From a bacterium (lineage in GTDB: Bacteria > Desulfobacterota > DSWW01), in NCBI GenBank assembly GCA_040756235.1, contig JBFLZG010000004.1, positions 33,239-97,238 of the forward strand: a stretch of 64,000 nucleotides of DNA. The letters are read 5' to 3'. This document shows, one piece after another, positions 1 through 8,383 of this stretch. The translations under genes and the position numbers were made by a program. Under the pieces are notes generated by a model. The model was given only the letters and a program-made list of their open reading frames with translations, searched no databases and was not told where the DNA came from. The first letter of the stretch is position 1, and each line of letters begins with the position of its first letter.

Positions 1-99
1 GTTGGTCGGGAGCAGCCGTCATCCGGGGGACGATCTCGTCCGGCCGCCCGGAAACTCTACCCGGCCCGCAGGTCTGGAATTGTCAGGACAGCAGCGCGG

Positions 100-684
100 A
101 TGGGCCTGCTCGGCCTCGTCATCCTGCTCGAGCTGTCTGTGCTCTCGACCTCGGGCGCTGCCGCGAGTCCGGGCACGTCCGACCCCAAGGCAACGGTTGA
201 GACTCTTCTCAGTCTGGTCGCGAGCCTCTCCAAGGGGAACGAGTCCGATCCGAACCCCACCCTCACCCGCAAGATCTCGGAGACGATCGACATCGTGGGG
301 GTGTGCCGCACCTGCCTGCAGAATAAGTGGGAGGAGATCGGAGAAGCCGAGCAGAAGAATTTCGTTGCCCTGTTCCGGCAGGTCCTGGAGGAGGTGGCCT
401 ATCCCAAGTCGGCGAAGTTCTTCAAAGACGCTCAGATCGAGATCGGTCAGGTCAAGCAGAACGGCGCGGACCAGGCAGAAGTGTTCACCACCGTGACCGA
501 CCCCGACGAGGGGATGGTCGACGTGGACTACAGCCTCAAGCTCCAGGGGCCGTCCTGGCTCATGGAAGATGTCATCCTGGACGGCGTCAGCCTCGTGACG
601 GACCTGCGAAGCCAGATGCAGAAGATCCTGCGGGAACACTCCTACGAGGAGCTCAAGCGCCGCCTGCGGGAGAAGCTTGTTTGA
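100..684 (+). CDS. MlaC/Ttg2D (HpnM-like) periplasmic lipid-binding protein
   Basis: Hydrophobic N-terminal signal; C-terminal VDYSL...WLMEDVILDGVSLVTDLRSQMQKIL matches the MlaC/Ttg2D pattern. The frame is open back to position 1, so the true start may be upstream. Confidence 0.8.
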   Translation: MGLLGLVILLELSVLSTSGAAASPGTSDPKATVETLLSLVASLSKGNESDPNPTLTRKISETIDIVGVCRTCLQNKWEEIGEAEQKNFVALFRQVLEEVAYPKSAKFFKDAQIEIGQVKQNGADQAEVFTTVTDPDEGMVDVDYSLKLQGPSWLMEDVILDGVSLVTDLRSQMQKILREHSYEELKRRLREKLV

Positions 685-1978
685 GCGACGACATGCGCCG
701 GTACAGGTAGAGCAGGTAGATGAAGTAGAACGCCGACCCCAGGGCGCTCAGCCACGCGTAGATCCACAGACCCCCAGCCGCCGCAAGGACCAGAATCAGA
801 TAGATGAAGTCCCGGTTGCTGATCTTATCGGCAAAGTCGATCTGCCGGCGCAGCTTTCCTTGCGCAAGCGCCATGCCCTCCACCCGGACCGGCGTCGAAA
901 AGGTGAAGACCGAGTCGGCCTTCAGGAACATGCGCCAGAAGACGGCACCGGCGGATCCCAGCACGCCCAAGGCGGACGTCACGCCCAGCCACAGATAGAC
1001 CGATCCTTCCCCGCGTAGCGCCAGACCGAATCCGATGCAGAAGAAGACAGCCATGTGAACCAGGTTGTCGCCAAGAAAATCTAGCAGCGATCCCAGCCGC
1101 GACTCCTGGTATTTGAGGCGCGCCAATTCTCCGTCACAACCGTCGATGATGCTCGACAGCAAGAGGAGCAGCGCTCCGATGACGTGGGCGATCCGAGAGT
1201 CACCGATGAACAGGAGGGCGCTCGCGAGCCCGATCAGTACGGAGAAAACGGTGATCAGGTTCGGGGTGACGGGAGAGTAGAGAAGCCGCCGGGTGATCGC
1301 GAGTGAGATGCGGCGCTCGAACTTTTGCGACAGAAAGCTCTCGGTCGGCTTGATCAGCCCTCGCAGGAGGCCATCCTCCGCCCTCTCGCATTCGGCGCGG
1401 CTTCTCACAGGAAAGAGCTTCGGCTCCTCGAGGAGCAACTCCTCGGTGTTCCCGTGATTTTCCGCAAGCCGGGCTGCAGCGCGGACCGTATCGCCTTCTT
1501 TCAGAGCGTCCAGGAACGCTGGGGCCGTTGCCGCCGGAACCAGGGCTGCGGGGGGTACCGCGTCTTCTCCGGCCGGGGGCCGTGCAGGCTTCACCAGGGC
1601 CGGGGCCCGGAGGGGCCCCTCGGTGCCGCACAAGTCTCTGAGGACTTCCCGGTCCACGAGCCAGGCGCCTGAGAGAAACAGGAAATCCTCACACCGGAAG
1701 CTCGCGAGCCGCGACCGGGCGGCTTCTTCCCGGCCGGACGGAGGGCTCAGGACAAGGGGGGAGAACGCCACGTTCTTCGGATCCGTCCGAATACATGCTT
1801 CCGCTTCCGGCCAGGGCTCGGTCAGGAGCACCAGACCTTCCCGGATCCCGGCCCGCTGGGCGGCGTAGAGCGTGCGTTGAAGCAGGCTCAGGCCGCCCAC
1901 GTGCGTCATGGGGGTCGACTCCTCCGAGGAGCTCGGTGGCTTCGGTCGATCGATCAGGACGATGGCCCTGCTCAGCAT
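653..1978 (-). CDS. CDP-alcohol phosphatidyltransferase with degenerate N-terminal nucleotidyltransferase-like domain (IPCT/DIPPS-like architecture)
   Basis: Signature DGCDGELARLKYQESRLGSLLDFLGD = DGxxARx8GxxxDxxxD; TPNLIT helix; several TM segments; N-terminal VGGLSLLQRTLYAAQRAGI resembles NTP transferases. Confidence 0.88.
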   Translation of the reverse strand: MLSRAIVLIDRPKPPSSSEESTPMTHVGGLSLLQRTLYAAQRAGIREGLVLLTEPWPEAEACIRTDPKNVAFSPLVLSPPSGREEAARSRLASFRCEDFLFLSGAWLVDREVLRDLCGTEGPLRAPALVKPARPPAGEDAVPPAALVPAATAPAFLDALKEGDTVRAAARLAENHGNTEELLLEEPKLFPVRSRAECERAEDGLLRGLIKPTESFLSQKFERRISLAITRRLLYSPVTPNLITVFSVLIGLASALLFIGDSRIAHVIGALLLLLSSIIDGCDGELARLKYQESRLGSLLDFLGDNLVHMAVFFCIGFGLALRGEGSVYLWLGVTSALGVLGSAGAVFWRMFLKADSVFTFSTPVRVEGMALAQGKLRRQIDFADKISNRDFIYLILVLAAAGGLWIYAWLSALGSAFYFIYLLYLYRRMSSLKQASPAGGA

Positions 1979-3117
1979 GAGCCTTCAACTCCCGACAAGC
2001 CTGCGAAAGGGTTTTTCGCAAGTCCGCTCCACCGGGGGATGCTCATGCGGCGCCCGGCTCGGCGACTGGAAGCGTAGGCGAGAAGGGTGATCTCGAGGCA
2101 CAAGAACGCTTCTTCGAGCGCCCCGAGGGCTTTGTGCGGTGATGCGATCGCCTCGAGAAAGTCCTTCAACAGCCCTGCCGTCCAGTCCGGGTGGTGAGAT
2201 CCTTGCGACAGAGGCGACCCAAAGACCGCACTGCGGGCCTGCCTGCCGGAGCCCCTGAAGGAGAGTCGATCGTCCTCCAGCAGGAGCATCCCTTTTTCAC
2301 CGTAGACTCTGGCGGAGTTGTACCGGCCGGGGGCTTTCCACGTGAGGAAGAGGTTCCCGGTGGCGTGGGGGAACTCGAGCTGGAGATGAGCGCTTTCCTC
2401 CGCGCAGCCGTCGGCGCCGGCCGCAGGATCCGTCCAGGCCGAAACGGACAAGGGCCGCTCCTGATGAAACAGGAGCAGCAGATACATCCCGTGCCACCCG
2501 TGATCCAGGAGGATCCCGCCTCCACCCGCCTCTTTCTTTTCCCCCCTCCACTGCGTATGACCCAGGGCGGGGTGCATGCGCAAGGTATGAAATTCGCTGT
2601 ACAAGGTCTTTCCCAGCAGCCCTCGCTCGAGCCACTGTCGGGCCCGCGCCAGAATCGGGGCGTGCTTCCAGTTGTGAGCCGGGAAAGCGACTCGCTGGCG
2701 CGCGGCAACGAGCCGCAGGACCCTCCCGAACTCCCTCCGAGAGCCGACGAACGGCTTCTCGCAGAGTACGTGGAGCCCCCGCTCGAGAGCCCCGGTCATC
2801 ATGGGGGCGTGCAGAGGAGGCGGCGTGCATATGTCGACGAAATCCAGCGGCTCGGTCCGGTAGAGCTCCTCCGGGCTGGCATACGTGCGCGCCCGCGGGA
2901 GGAGCTCGGATGCACGCCTCCTTCTCTCGGGGTCGGGATCGCAGACGGCCTCGATGGAGGCCCCGGGCTGTGCCCGCCAGCCGGGAAGATGGCCGTGCTC
3001 GGCCATCTTCCCGAAACCCAGGAGCGCGCCTTTCAGATGCCGCAGTCTGTTCACCTTCTTCGTCATGTGTCGCTGTCGCGGCGAAGGACGGTTCGAGGCG
3101 AGGGTCGCGGAAAGCAC
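1972..3117 (-). CDS. Gfo/Idh/MocA family NAD(P)-dependent oxidoreductase
   Basis: GFGKMA Rossmann motif, HVLCEKP, GGGILLDHGWH. Start may be GTG 3117 or ATG 3066. Confidence 0.88.
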   Translation of the reverse strand: MLSATLASNRPSPRQRHMTKKVNRLRHLKGALLGFGKMAEHGHLPGWRAQPGASIEAVCDPDPERRRRASELLPRARTYASPEELYRTEPLDFVDICTPPPLHAPMMTGALERGLHVLCEKPFVGSRREFGRVLRLVAARQRVAFPAHNWKHAPILARARQWLERGLLGKTLYSEFHTLRMHPALGHTQWRGEKKEAGGGGILLDHGWHGMYLLLLFHQERPLSVSAWTDPAAGADGCAEESAHLQLEFPHATGNLFLTWKAPGRYNSARVYGEKGMLLLEDDRLSFRGSGRQARSAVFGSPLSQGSHHPDWTAGLLKDFLEAIASPHKALGALEEAFLCLEITLLAYASSRRAGRRMSIPRWSGLAKNPFAGLSGVEGSC

Positions 3118-3125
3118 AGTGCCCC

Positions 3126-4478
3126 TTACTGGAGATAAACCTTGGACTTCAGGATCTCCGCAAAGACCCTGTCCAGGATCTCCACGCCGCGGGCTGCTTC
3201 CTGCTGGGAGATGATGAGAGCCGGGTTGATGCGAATGGCGGATGACGTGATCATCAGGATGAGGCGCTCCCTGAGCGCCATCTGAAAAAGAGCCTGGCTG
3301 GCCTGGGCGGACAGCGGCTCTCGGGAGTGCTTGTCCCTGACCAGCTCCACACCGATCATGAGGCCGCGGCCGCGGACCAGGCCCATGAAGGGATACCGTT
3401 CGGCCATCCCCAGCAGGCGCTCGAGCATCCAGGCTCCGAGGGTCCGGCTGTTTTCCACCAGCTTTTCCTCCAGCAGGACCTCGAGGGTGACTCGTGCCGC
3501 TTCGGCGGCCAGGGGATTGCCTCCATAGCTGGACGAGCTCGCGCTCGGCAGGCTGAAGGGCTTGGCCGACACGATCTCGTCCGTGGAGATCAGGGCGCTG
3601 ACCGGAAACCCCCCGCCCATCCCCTTGCCCATGGTCATGATGTCGGGGACGACTCCGTCGTGCTCGACTCCGAAGAACCTTCCGGTTCGGCCGAACCCGG
3701 TGATCATCTCGTCGGCGACGAGCAGCGCGTCGTTCTCACGGGCCACCTCCTGGAGCAGCCGGAGGTAGCCGGCCGGCGGCACCACGTTGCCAGCCGTTCC
3801 CTGAATCGGCTCGACCAGGATGGCGGCGATGCTGCCGGCCGTATTGTGACGAATCACCTTGCGCAGGAACTCTACGCAAAGGAAGGAGCATTGCGGGCAG
3901 GTGGAGCCGAACGGGCAGCGGTAGCAGTTCGCGTACGGCGCCAGATGCAAGCCCGGCGCCATCGGCCCATGTTGGTGTTTGAAGCGATCGCCGACCAGGC
4001 CCAACACGCCGCCGGTCTTGCCGTGGAAGCCTCCCCAGAAACCGATGACCTCGAACTTGCGGGTATACGCCCGGGCCAGCCTCAGGGCCGCTTCGACGGC
4101 TTCGGCCCCGCTGCTGTAGAGTTGCGTCCGCTTCAGGTTGCCGGGGGCGATCTCGGCCAATTTCTTGAGAAAGCGGAGCCGGTTGCGGGTCGTGAAGCTG
4201 CCGAAGATGATCTTGTCGAGCTGGGCCTTGAGCGCCGCCACCTGCTTGGGATGGCAATGGCCCAGGCTTCCAACGGTCACGCCGGCAAAGAAATCGAGGT
4301 AGGTATTCCCGTCCACATCCGTCAGGAACACCCCCTTGCCGTGATCGAGGACCAGGCGGGAGTTCAGGCACATGCTCTGCACGCCCGGTGCAAGATAGAG
4401 CTGCTCCTCGCGGAAGATCGATTCTGATGCAGGCCTGGGCAGGTCCCTTGATGCCGATGAGTCCGGAAACGAAGTCAC
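3126..4478 (-). CDS. Class III PLP-dependent aminotransferase
   Basis: SSGAEAVEAAL, FHGKT, EPIQG, DEMITGFGRTG, MGKGMGGG. GTG start at 4478 overlaps the upstream stop (GTGA) and follows GGAGG; the longer track ORF extension is not credible. Confidence 0.9.
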   Translation of the reverse strand: MTSFPDSSASRDLPRPASESIFREEQLYLAPGVQSMCLNSRLVLDHGKGVFLTDVDGNTYLDFFAGVTVGSLGHCHPKQVAALKAQLDKIIFGSFTTRNRLRFLKKLAEIAPGNLKRTQLYSSGAEAVEAALRLARAYTRKFEVIGFWGGFHGKTGGVLGLVGDRFKHQHGPMAPGLHLAPYANCYRCPFGSTCPQCSFLCVEFLRKVIRHNTAGSIAAILVEPIQGTAGNVVPPAGYLRLLQEVARENDALLVADEMITGFGRTGRFFGVEHDGVVPDIMTMGKGMGGGFPVSALISTDEIVSAKPFSLPSASSSSYGGNPLAAEAARVTLEVLLEEKLVENSRTLGAWMLERLLGMAERYPFMGLVRGRGLMIGVELVRDKHSREPLSAQASQALFQMALRERLILMITSSAIRINPALIISQQEAARGVEILDRVFAEILKSKVYLQ

Positions 4479-5305
4479 GCCGACCTCCACTGGAGGCCGT
4501 GAAGGGATTCCCACTTCCGATGTCGCTCGAAGAGGAGAGCAGCAATCTGTTCGGCAGCCTCTTCCCGACAAATTGCGAAGCTGGGCCAACTGTTGATGTC
4601 GATCATGTAGTGGCCGTCCCGCGTGGCGACGATGTCGCCGCCGAATACCTCGAGCCCCAGCTTGGCTGCAGCCACCTCGGCGGTCTTCTGGATCTTCTCG
4701 GGGGAGAAGGGATAACCCTGGACCTTGTCGGGCTTGTGATAGAAGAACCGGAACCACTTGCGCGACGGGATGCCGTAAAACTTGATCAGGTCTCCCTGGA
4801 TGTGTTCCTGCAAAATCGCCTGATGGACCAACCGGCTGCGCAGGGACTCCATGGCTTCTTCCAGCGAGTAACGATCGTGGATCAGCCGGACGTCCTCCGG
4901 ATGGGTGCTGTGGACGTCCCCGCGCTTGACCCAGACGCCCTTGCTCAGCTCGAATTGGCCGTTCACGTGCCCGTTGATGTCCACGAGCAGGGACTTGGGA
5001 AACGGAATCGGGGTGCCGGACAGGAGAGAGAGCATCCGATACCGATGGCAGTTCTCGACGGCGCGCGGGTTGTTGACGATCGGATAACCTTGGGCTTCCC
5101 ACTCTTGCAGGATCTTCAGGCAGTGAGGGCCCTCGCACATCGCAAACGTCATGTCCGGTGCCGAGTCTGCACGGAGCTCGTCCGGTCGTTTGAGGTCGAC
5201 CTGAAGACCGCATCCCCTGAGCGCCTCCGCGGTGAGGCGGAGAACGGCGGCGTCGTCTCCCACACGATTGGGAGAGTACAGCTCCTCCCGAAAGATTCCG
5301 ATCAT
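4475..5305 (-). CDS. ATP-grasp fold ligase (RimK/Ddl-like), function unknown
   Basis: VWVKRGD, ILQEHIQG, FGGDIV, IDINSWPSF; GAGGTG RBS before ATG 5305. Confidence 0.75.
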   Translation of the reverse strand: MIGIFREELYSPNRVGDDAAVLRLTAEALRGCGLQVDLKRPDELRADSAPDMTFAMCEGPHCLKILQEWEAQGYPIVNNPRAVENCHRYRMLSLLSGTPIPFPKSLLVDINGHVNGQFELSKGVWVKRGDVHSTHPEDVRLIHDRYSLEEAMESLRSRLVHQAILQEHIQGDLIKFYGIPSRKWFRFFYHKPDKVQGYPFSPEKIQKTAEVAAAKLGLEVFGGDIVATRDGHYMIDINSWPSFAICREEAAEQIAALLFERHRKWESLHGLQWRSA

Positions 5306-5440
5306 GGGATGATCACCTCGCTCTCTCATTCTCTAATTGGTTTGCCTGCGGTTGAGCAGCCCCTTGGAGCAGGCCGCGCGGCGCAGAGAATGCTTTGGCC
5401 GGGTCATCCGGCAACCGGTTCACAGGCAAAACTTCTCGAC

Positions 5441-5469
5441 TAGATATAAAAAGTCTTTTGAAATGTCAA
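5441..5469 (-). promoter_or_regulatory. Possible internal sigma70 promoter for the ATP-grasp to CDP-alcohol transferase genes
   Basis: Minus strand TTGACA followed by AT-rich TTTTTATATCTA; -10 spacing is imperfect. Confidence 0.4.
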
Positions 5470-5509
5470 TAGGATGCCGGCCAACCTTTAGAGAACCCTA
5501 ACAGAAATT

Positions 5510-6211
5510 CTATACCAAAGACGGCCCGCGTGCGAATCGCTCTGCCAGCCGGACGTCCTCCGGGCTGTCGATATCCAGAGCCATGGCGAACTCCTTGCCC
5601 CACACGCACACGCGGTCCACGACCCACTCGAGGTAGTTCCGAAGGGCCGGCACCGTGCGGCCGGCGGCAAGCCCGGGCAGATCTTTGAGGACCAGATAGA
5701 GCCCGGCCGTGACCCACTGGCGCCCGCAAACGGAACTCCCGATCCGATCCACCCTGCCGGTTTCGCTCAGTTCCACCCACAGGGGTTTGGTATCCTCTAC
5801 GAACTTGGTAACGGCAAGCACCAGAGAGCACTCGGCCGGGTACGAGCCTACCGCAAGGAGGGCTTTCAACTCCCGGCCCGAAACGATGGTATCCACCGTC
5901 GTCAGGAGGTACGGAGGATCGCCAAGCCGCTCCATGAGAAAAGCAAAACTCTCGTAAGAGCTGGCCGTGGTCTTCCTGGAAACGTGGATGCGTCGAGCTT
6001 CGGGCCGCTCGCTGAGATATTGCTCGACCGCGTCGAAGCGCGGTTCCTCGTTGAGCAGGACCTCGGTTCTGTCCACGCCGGCCTGGAACAGGTTGTCCAG
6101 CAGATAGGATATGAGCGGCCGCCCCTGGATCCGAATCAGCGGCTTCGGTTCTCTCCATCCGGCTTCCAGGAACCGAGACCCGGTGCCGGCTGCAAAGATG
6201 CCCGCCTTCAT
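5510..6211 (-). CDS. Nucleotidyltransferase (NTP_transferase, cytidylyltransferase-like)
   Basis: MKAGIFAAGTGSRF...PKPL N-terminal motif, DIDSPED near C-terminus; ATGA overlap with HAD gene stop. Confidence 0.88.
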   Translation of the reverse strand: MKAGIFAAGTGSRFLEAGWREPKPLIRIQGRPLISYLLDNLFQAGVDRTEVLLNEEPRFDAVEQYLSERPEARRIHVSRKTTASSYESFAFLMERLGDPPYLLTTVDTIVSGRELKALLAVGSYPAECSLVLAVTKFVEDTKPLWVELSETGRVDRIGSSVCGRQWVTAGLYLVLKDLPGLAAGRTVPALRNYLEWVVDRVCVWGKEFAMALDIDSPEDVRLAERFARGPSLV

Positions 6212-6954
6212 GGAGTCCTGCCTCCACGGGGTTCCGGGCGCCCGTCCAGCAGGAGGGGAGGCAACTCCTCGAGAGACCAGATGACCGGATCGCCCGGACA
6301 GCACGGCTGTCCAACGCTCGAAGACGCCCCTGCCAGCCACACATGAGGCATACCCGCGGCCCTTGCCCCCTGCATGTCCCGGAAAACGTTGTCACCGATG
6401 AATACGGCCTGTTCGGGCTCCAGCCCAAGGCGCTCCAGGGCGGACCGAAAAATCCTGGCGTCCGGCTTCATGACCCCCTCACGGCTGGAATCGACCAGAC
6501 AATCGAAAAGATCCAGAATGCCCAGATCCGAGCAGACCCGCTCGAGGTTGCCGTAAAAGTTCGAGACGATGCCCAGGCGAAAGACGCTGCGAAGCTTCTC
6601 GAGCGAAGGCCGGTTCCGGGCAACCGTTGCTTCTACGTCCGCAAGAAAATCAGCGGCTACGGCCTTCCCGAGCCGCTCACCCGAGGAGATCGGAAGACCT
6701 TCCATGACCTTGGCGACCTGGACCTCCACCGTTTCCCGCAGGCTGGCGTCCCAGAGGGCCCTCTCTTCGATGAGGGTGTCGTCCGCGCGATAGAAGGCCT
6801 GGCGAAACACTTCCCGGTCGACCCTCAGCCCGTGCTTCCAGTAAAGAGGAAAGAGACGGTCCTGCCAGGTGACTCCGTCGGCATCGAGGGTGCCGCCGAA
6901 ATCGAACAGGCAGGCCTTCAGGGGCCCATGCTTCCACGGACGATCGTCGAGCAA
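6208..6954 (-). CDS. HAD-superfamily hydrolase (phosphatase)
   Basis: FDFGGTLD motif I variant, GIVSN motif II, KPDARIF, FIGDNVFRDMQGA motif IV. Confidence 0.88.
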   Translation of the reverse strand: MLDDRPWKHGPLKACLFDFGGTLDADGVTWQDRLFPLYWKHGLRVDREVFRQAFYRADDTLIEERALWDASLRETVEVQVAKVMEGLPISSGERLGKAVAADFLADVEATVARNRPSLEKLRSVFRLGIVSNFYGNLERVCSDLGILDLFDCLVDSSREGVMKPDARIFRSALERLGLEPEQAVFIGDNVFRDMQGARAAGMPHVWLAGASSSVGQPCCPGDPVIWSLEELPPLLLDGRPEPRGGRTP

Positions 6955-7002
6955 GGCCAGATCGTCTCCCGCTTGCCGCTCTCATGCCCGGTCGGACCCG
7001 GG

Positions 7003-8073
7003 CTAAGACAGCATCTCCTCCGTTGGACTCATGGCCGGAGATTTCTCGCGACGTTCCTGCGCCCGGGACCGGAAAGGATTCATCTGCACGAGAAAGACGA
7101 ACCCGATCGCGACGTACACGATTTCACGGGCCCGGCGGAGCAGCCCGAAGGACAACCCCAGGGCCGATGACATCCCCATGGCCAGAAAAACCAGGACCTT
7201 CCCGCCGTCGCTCCCGCCCAGTCGGGCGGGGATGAAGAAGAAGAGGTTGTTGGCGAGCACCGTGATGGCCTCTATGGCCCAGACCTTCGGCAGCGTGGCC
7301 GGGACCCCCAGCAGCACGAGCAGGAAGAATCCTTCGACCGCGCCGATCATCCAGCCGCAGAAGTTCAGTAAAAGAGAGAGCCGGAATCGGTTGCCGCCGT
7401 TGGCGTGAAACACCGAAATCCGATCGTCGAGCCGCTCCGCCTTGAGGGTCATCTTCTCGAAGAACGAACGGGCGATCCCGACCCTTCCAAGCCCCCGGAA
7501 CATCCAGGCGAAAAGCCCCTTCTTCTGCCTCCACAGGAACAGCAGGATCCCTGTAGACATGAGCACGAAGACCAGGACGCTGCCCAGAGCCATCTCTCGA
7601 CTCAGGAGCCGGTAGCTGATGGCCAGCACGATGCCCGTGGCCTGAAACGCGATCATGCTGATCGATTCGGAAAGCTTGTTGACGGTGACCGATGACAGTC
7701 CCTCGACGAACGGTACCTTGTCCCGGAGCAGGTGGGCCTTCATGGGCTCCCCTGCGAGACTTCCGCTCACGACAACGTAGTTGACCGCATCCCCGGCAAG
7801 GTAGGCCCGGGAGATCTTCCACAATCCCGCGGCCCTTCCGTGCTCATCCAGCAGGACCCTCCAAGCCAATATGAAAAAGAACTGGCCGATTCCGTAGAAC
7901 AGGATGACCGGCAGGATCCAGGGGCCGACGCGACGCAGGTGCTCGAGCACCGGAGTGGCATGCACCCAGTACACCAACCCTGCAAAGAGGGCCAGCCCCA
8001 GCGCAGAAGAAACGAGGTTCGTCCTGGCCGTTTTCGAGAGCATATCGCCCCGCGTCTCCAAGCCCACATACAT
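7003..8073 (-). CDS. Lysylphosphatidylglycerol synthase TM-domain / flippase-like membrane protein (UPF0104/HpnL-like)
   Basis: About 8 hydrophobic segments, LAGEPMKA, FFIPARLGGSDG, LLRRAREI. Start 8073 or 8043. Confidence 0.8.
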   Translation of the reverse strand: MYVGLETRGDMLSKTARTNLVSSALGLALFAGLVYWVHATPVLEHLRRVGPWILPVILFYGIGQFFFILAWRVLLDEHGRAAGLWKISRAYLAGDAVNYVVVSGSLAGEPMKAHLLRDKVPFVEGLSSVTVNKLSESISMIAFQATGIVLAISYRLLSREMALGSVLVFVLMSTGILLFLWRQKKGLFAWMFRGLGRVGIARSFFEKMTLKAERLDDRISVFHANGGNRFRLSLLLNFCGWMIGAVEGFFLLVLLGVPATLPKVWAIEAITVLANNLFFFIPARLGGSDGGKVLVFLAMGMSSALGLSFGLLRRAREIVYVAIGFVFLVQMNPFRSRAQERREKSPAMSPTEEMLS

Positions 8074-8383
8074 TGAACCCAGATCAGCGTGCTCGATCTG
8101 GGTCGATTTTGCGAATTCAATTGAGATGGGTTATAAATACCACATGGATCGTGGGTTTGTCAAGGAGTTTCAGCCGTTCTATGGTTCAAATAAAACACGT
8201 GAATCCAACAAGTTATACTGCAAATCCGAATCCTTCGTGAAGCCATGGGGGGGCCTGGACTAGAAGGAGTTCGGACGGTTTTATAAAGCTTATTACAAAA
8301 ACATAAATGTGTATGTGAACTGCGCCGACGGAGCGGTTCCCTTGTCGGATGCAGCCGACGGCTCGAGCAGACGAGGAGGAGAA

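Noticed and set aside
4479..5213. 695-aa extended aminotransferase ORF
   Set aside because: The extension overlaps the ATP-grasp gene in another frame and is Arg/Pro-rich noise; RBS and GTGA coupling support 4478.
4475..5305. ATP-grasp gene as the missing ddl
   Set aside because: Lacks Ddl motifs such as GGxSxE, HGxxGEDG and ExNTxPG, and is coupled to the aminotransferase gene.
8294..8321. dif-like site (GTATGTGAACT resembles a XerD arm)
   Set aside because: Spacing between ACATA and TATGT is 2 bp shorter than in dif and the left arm is unlike a XerC arm.
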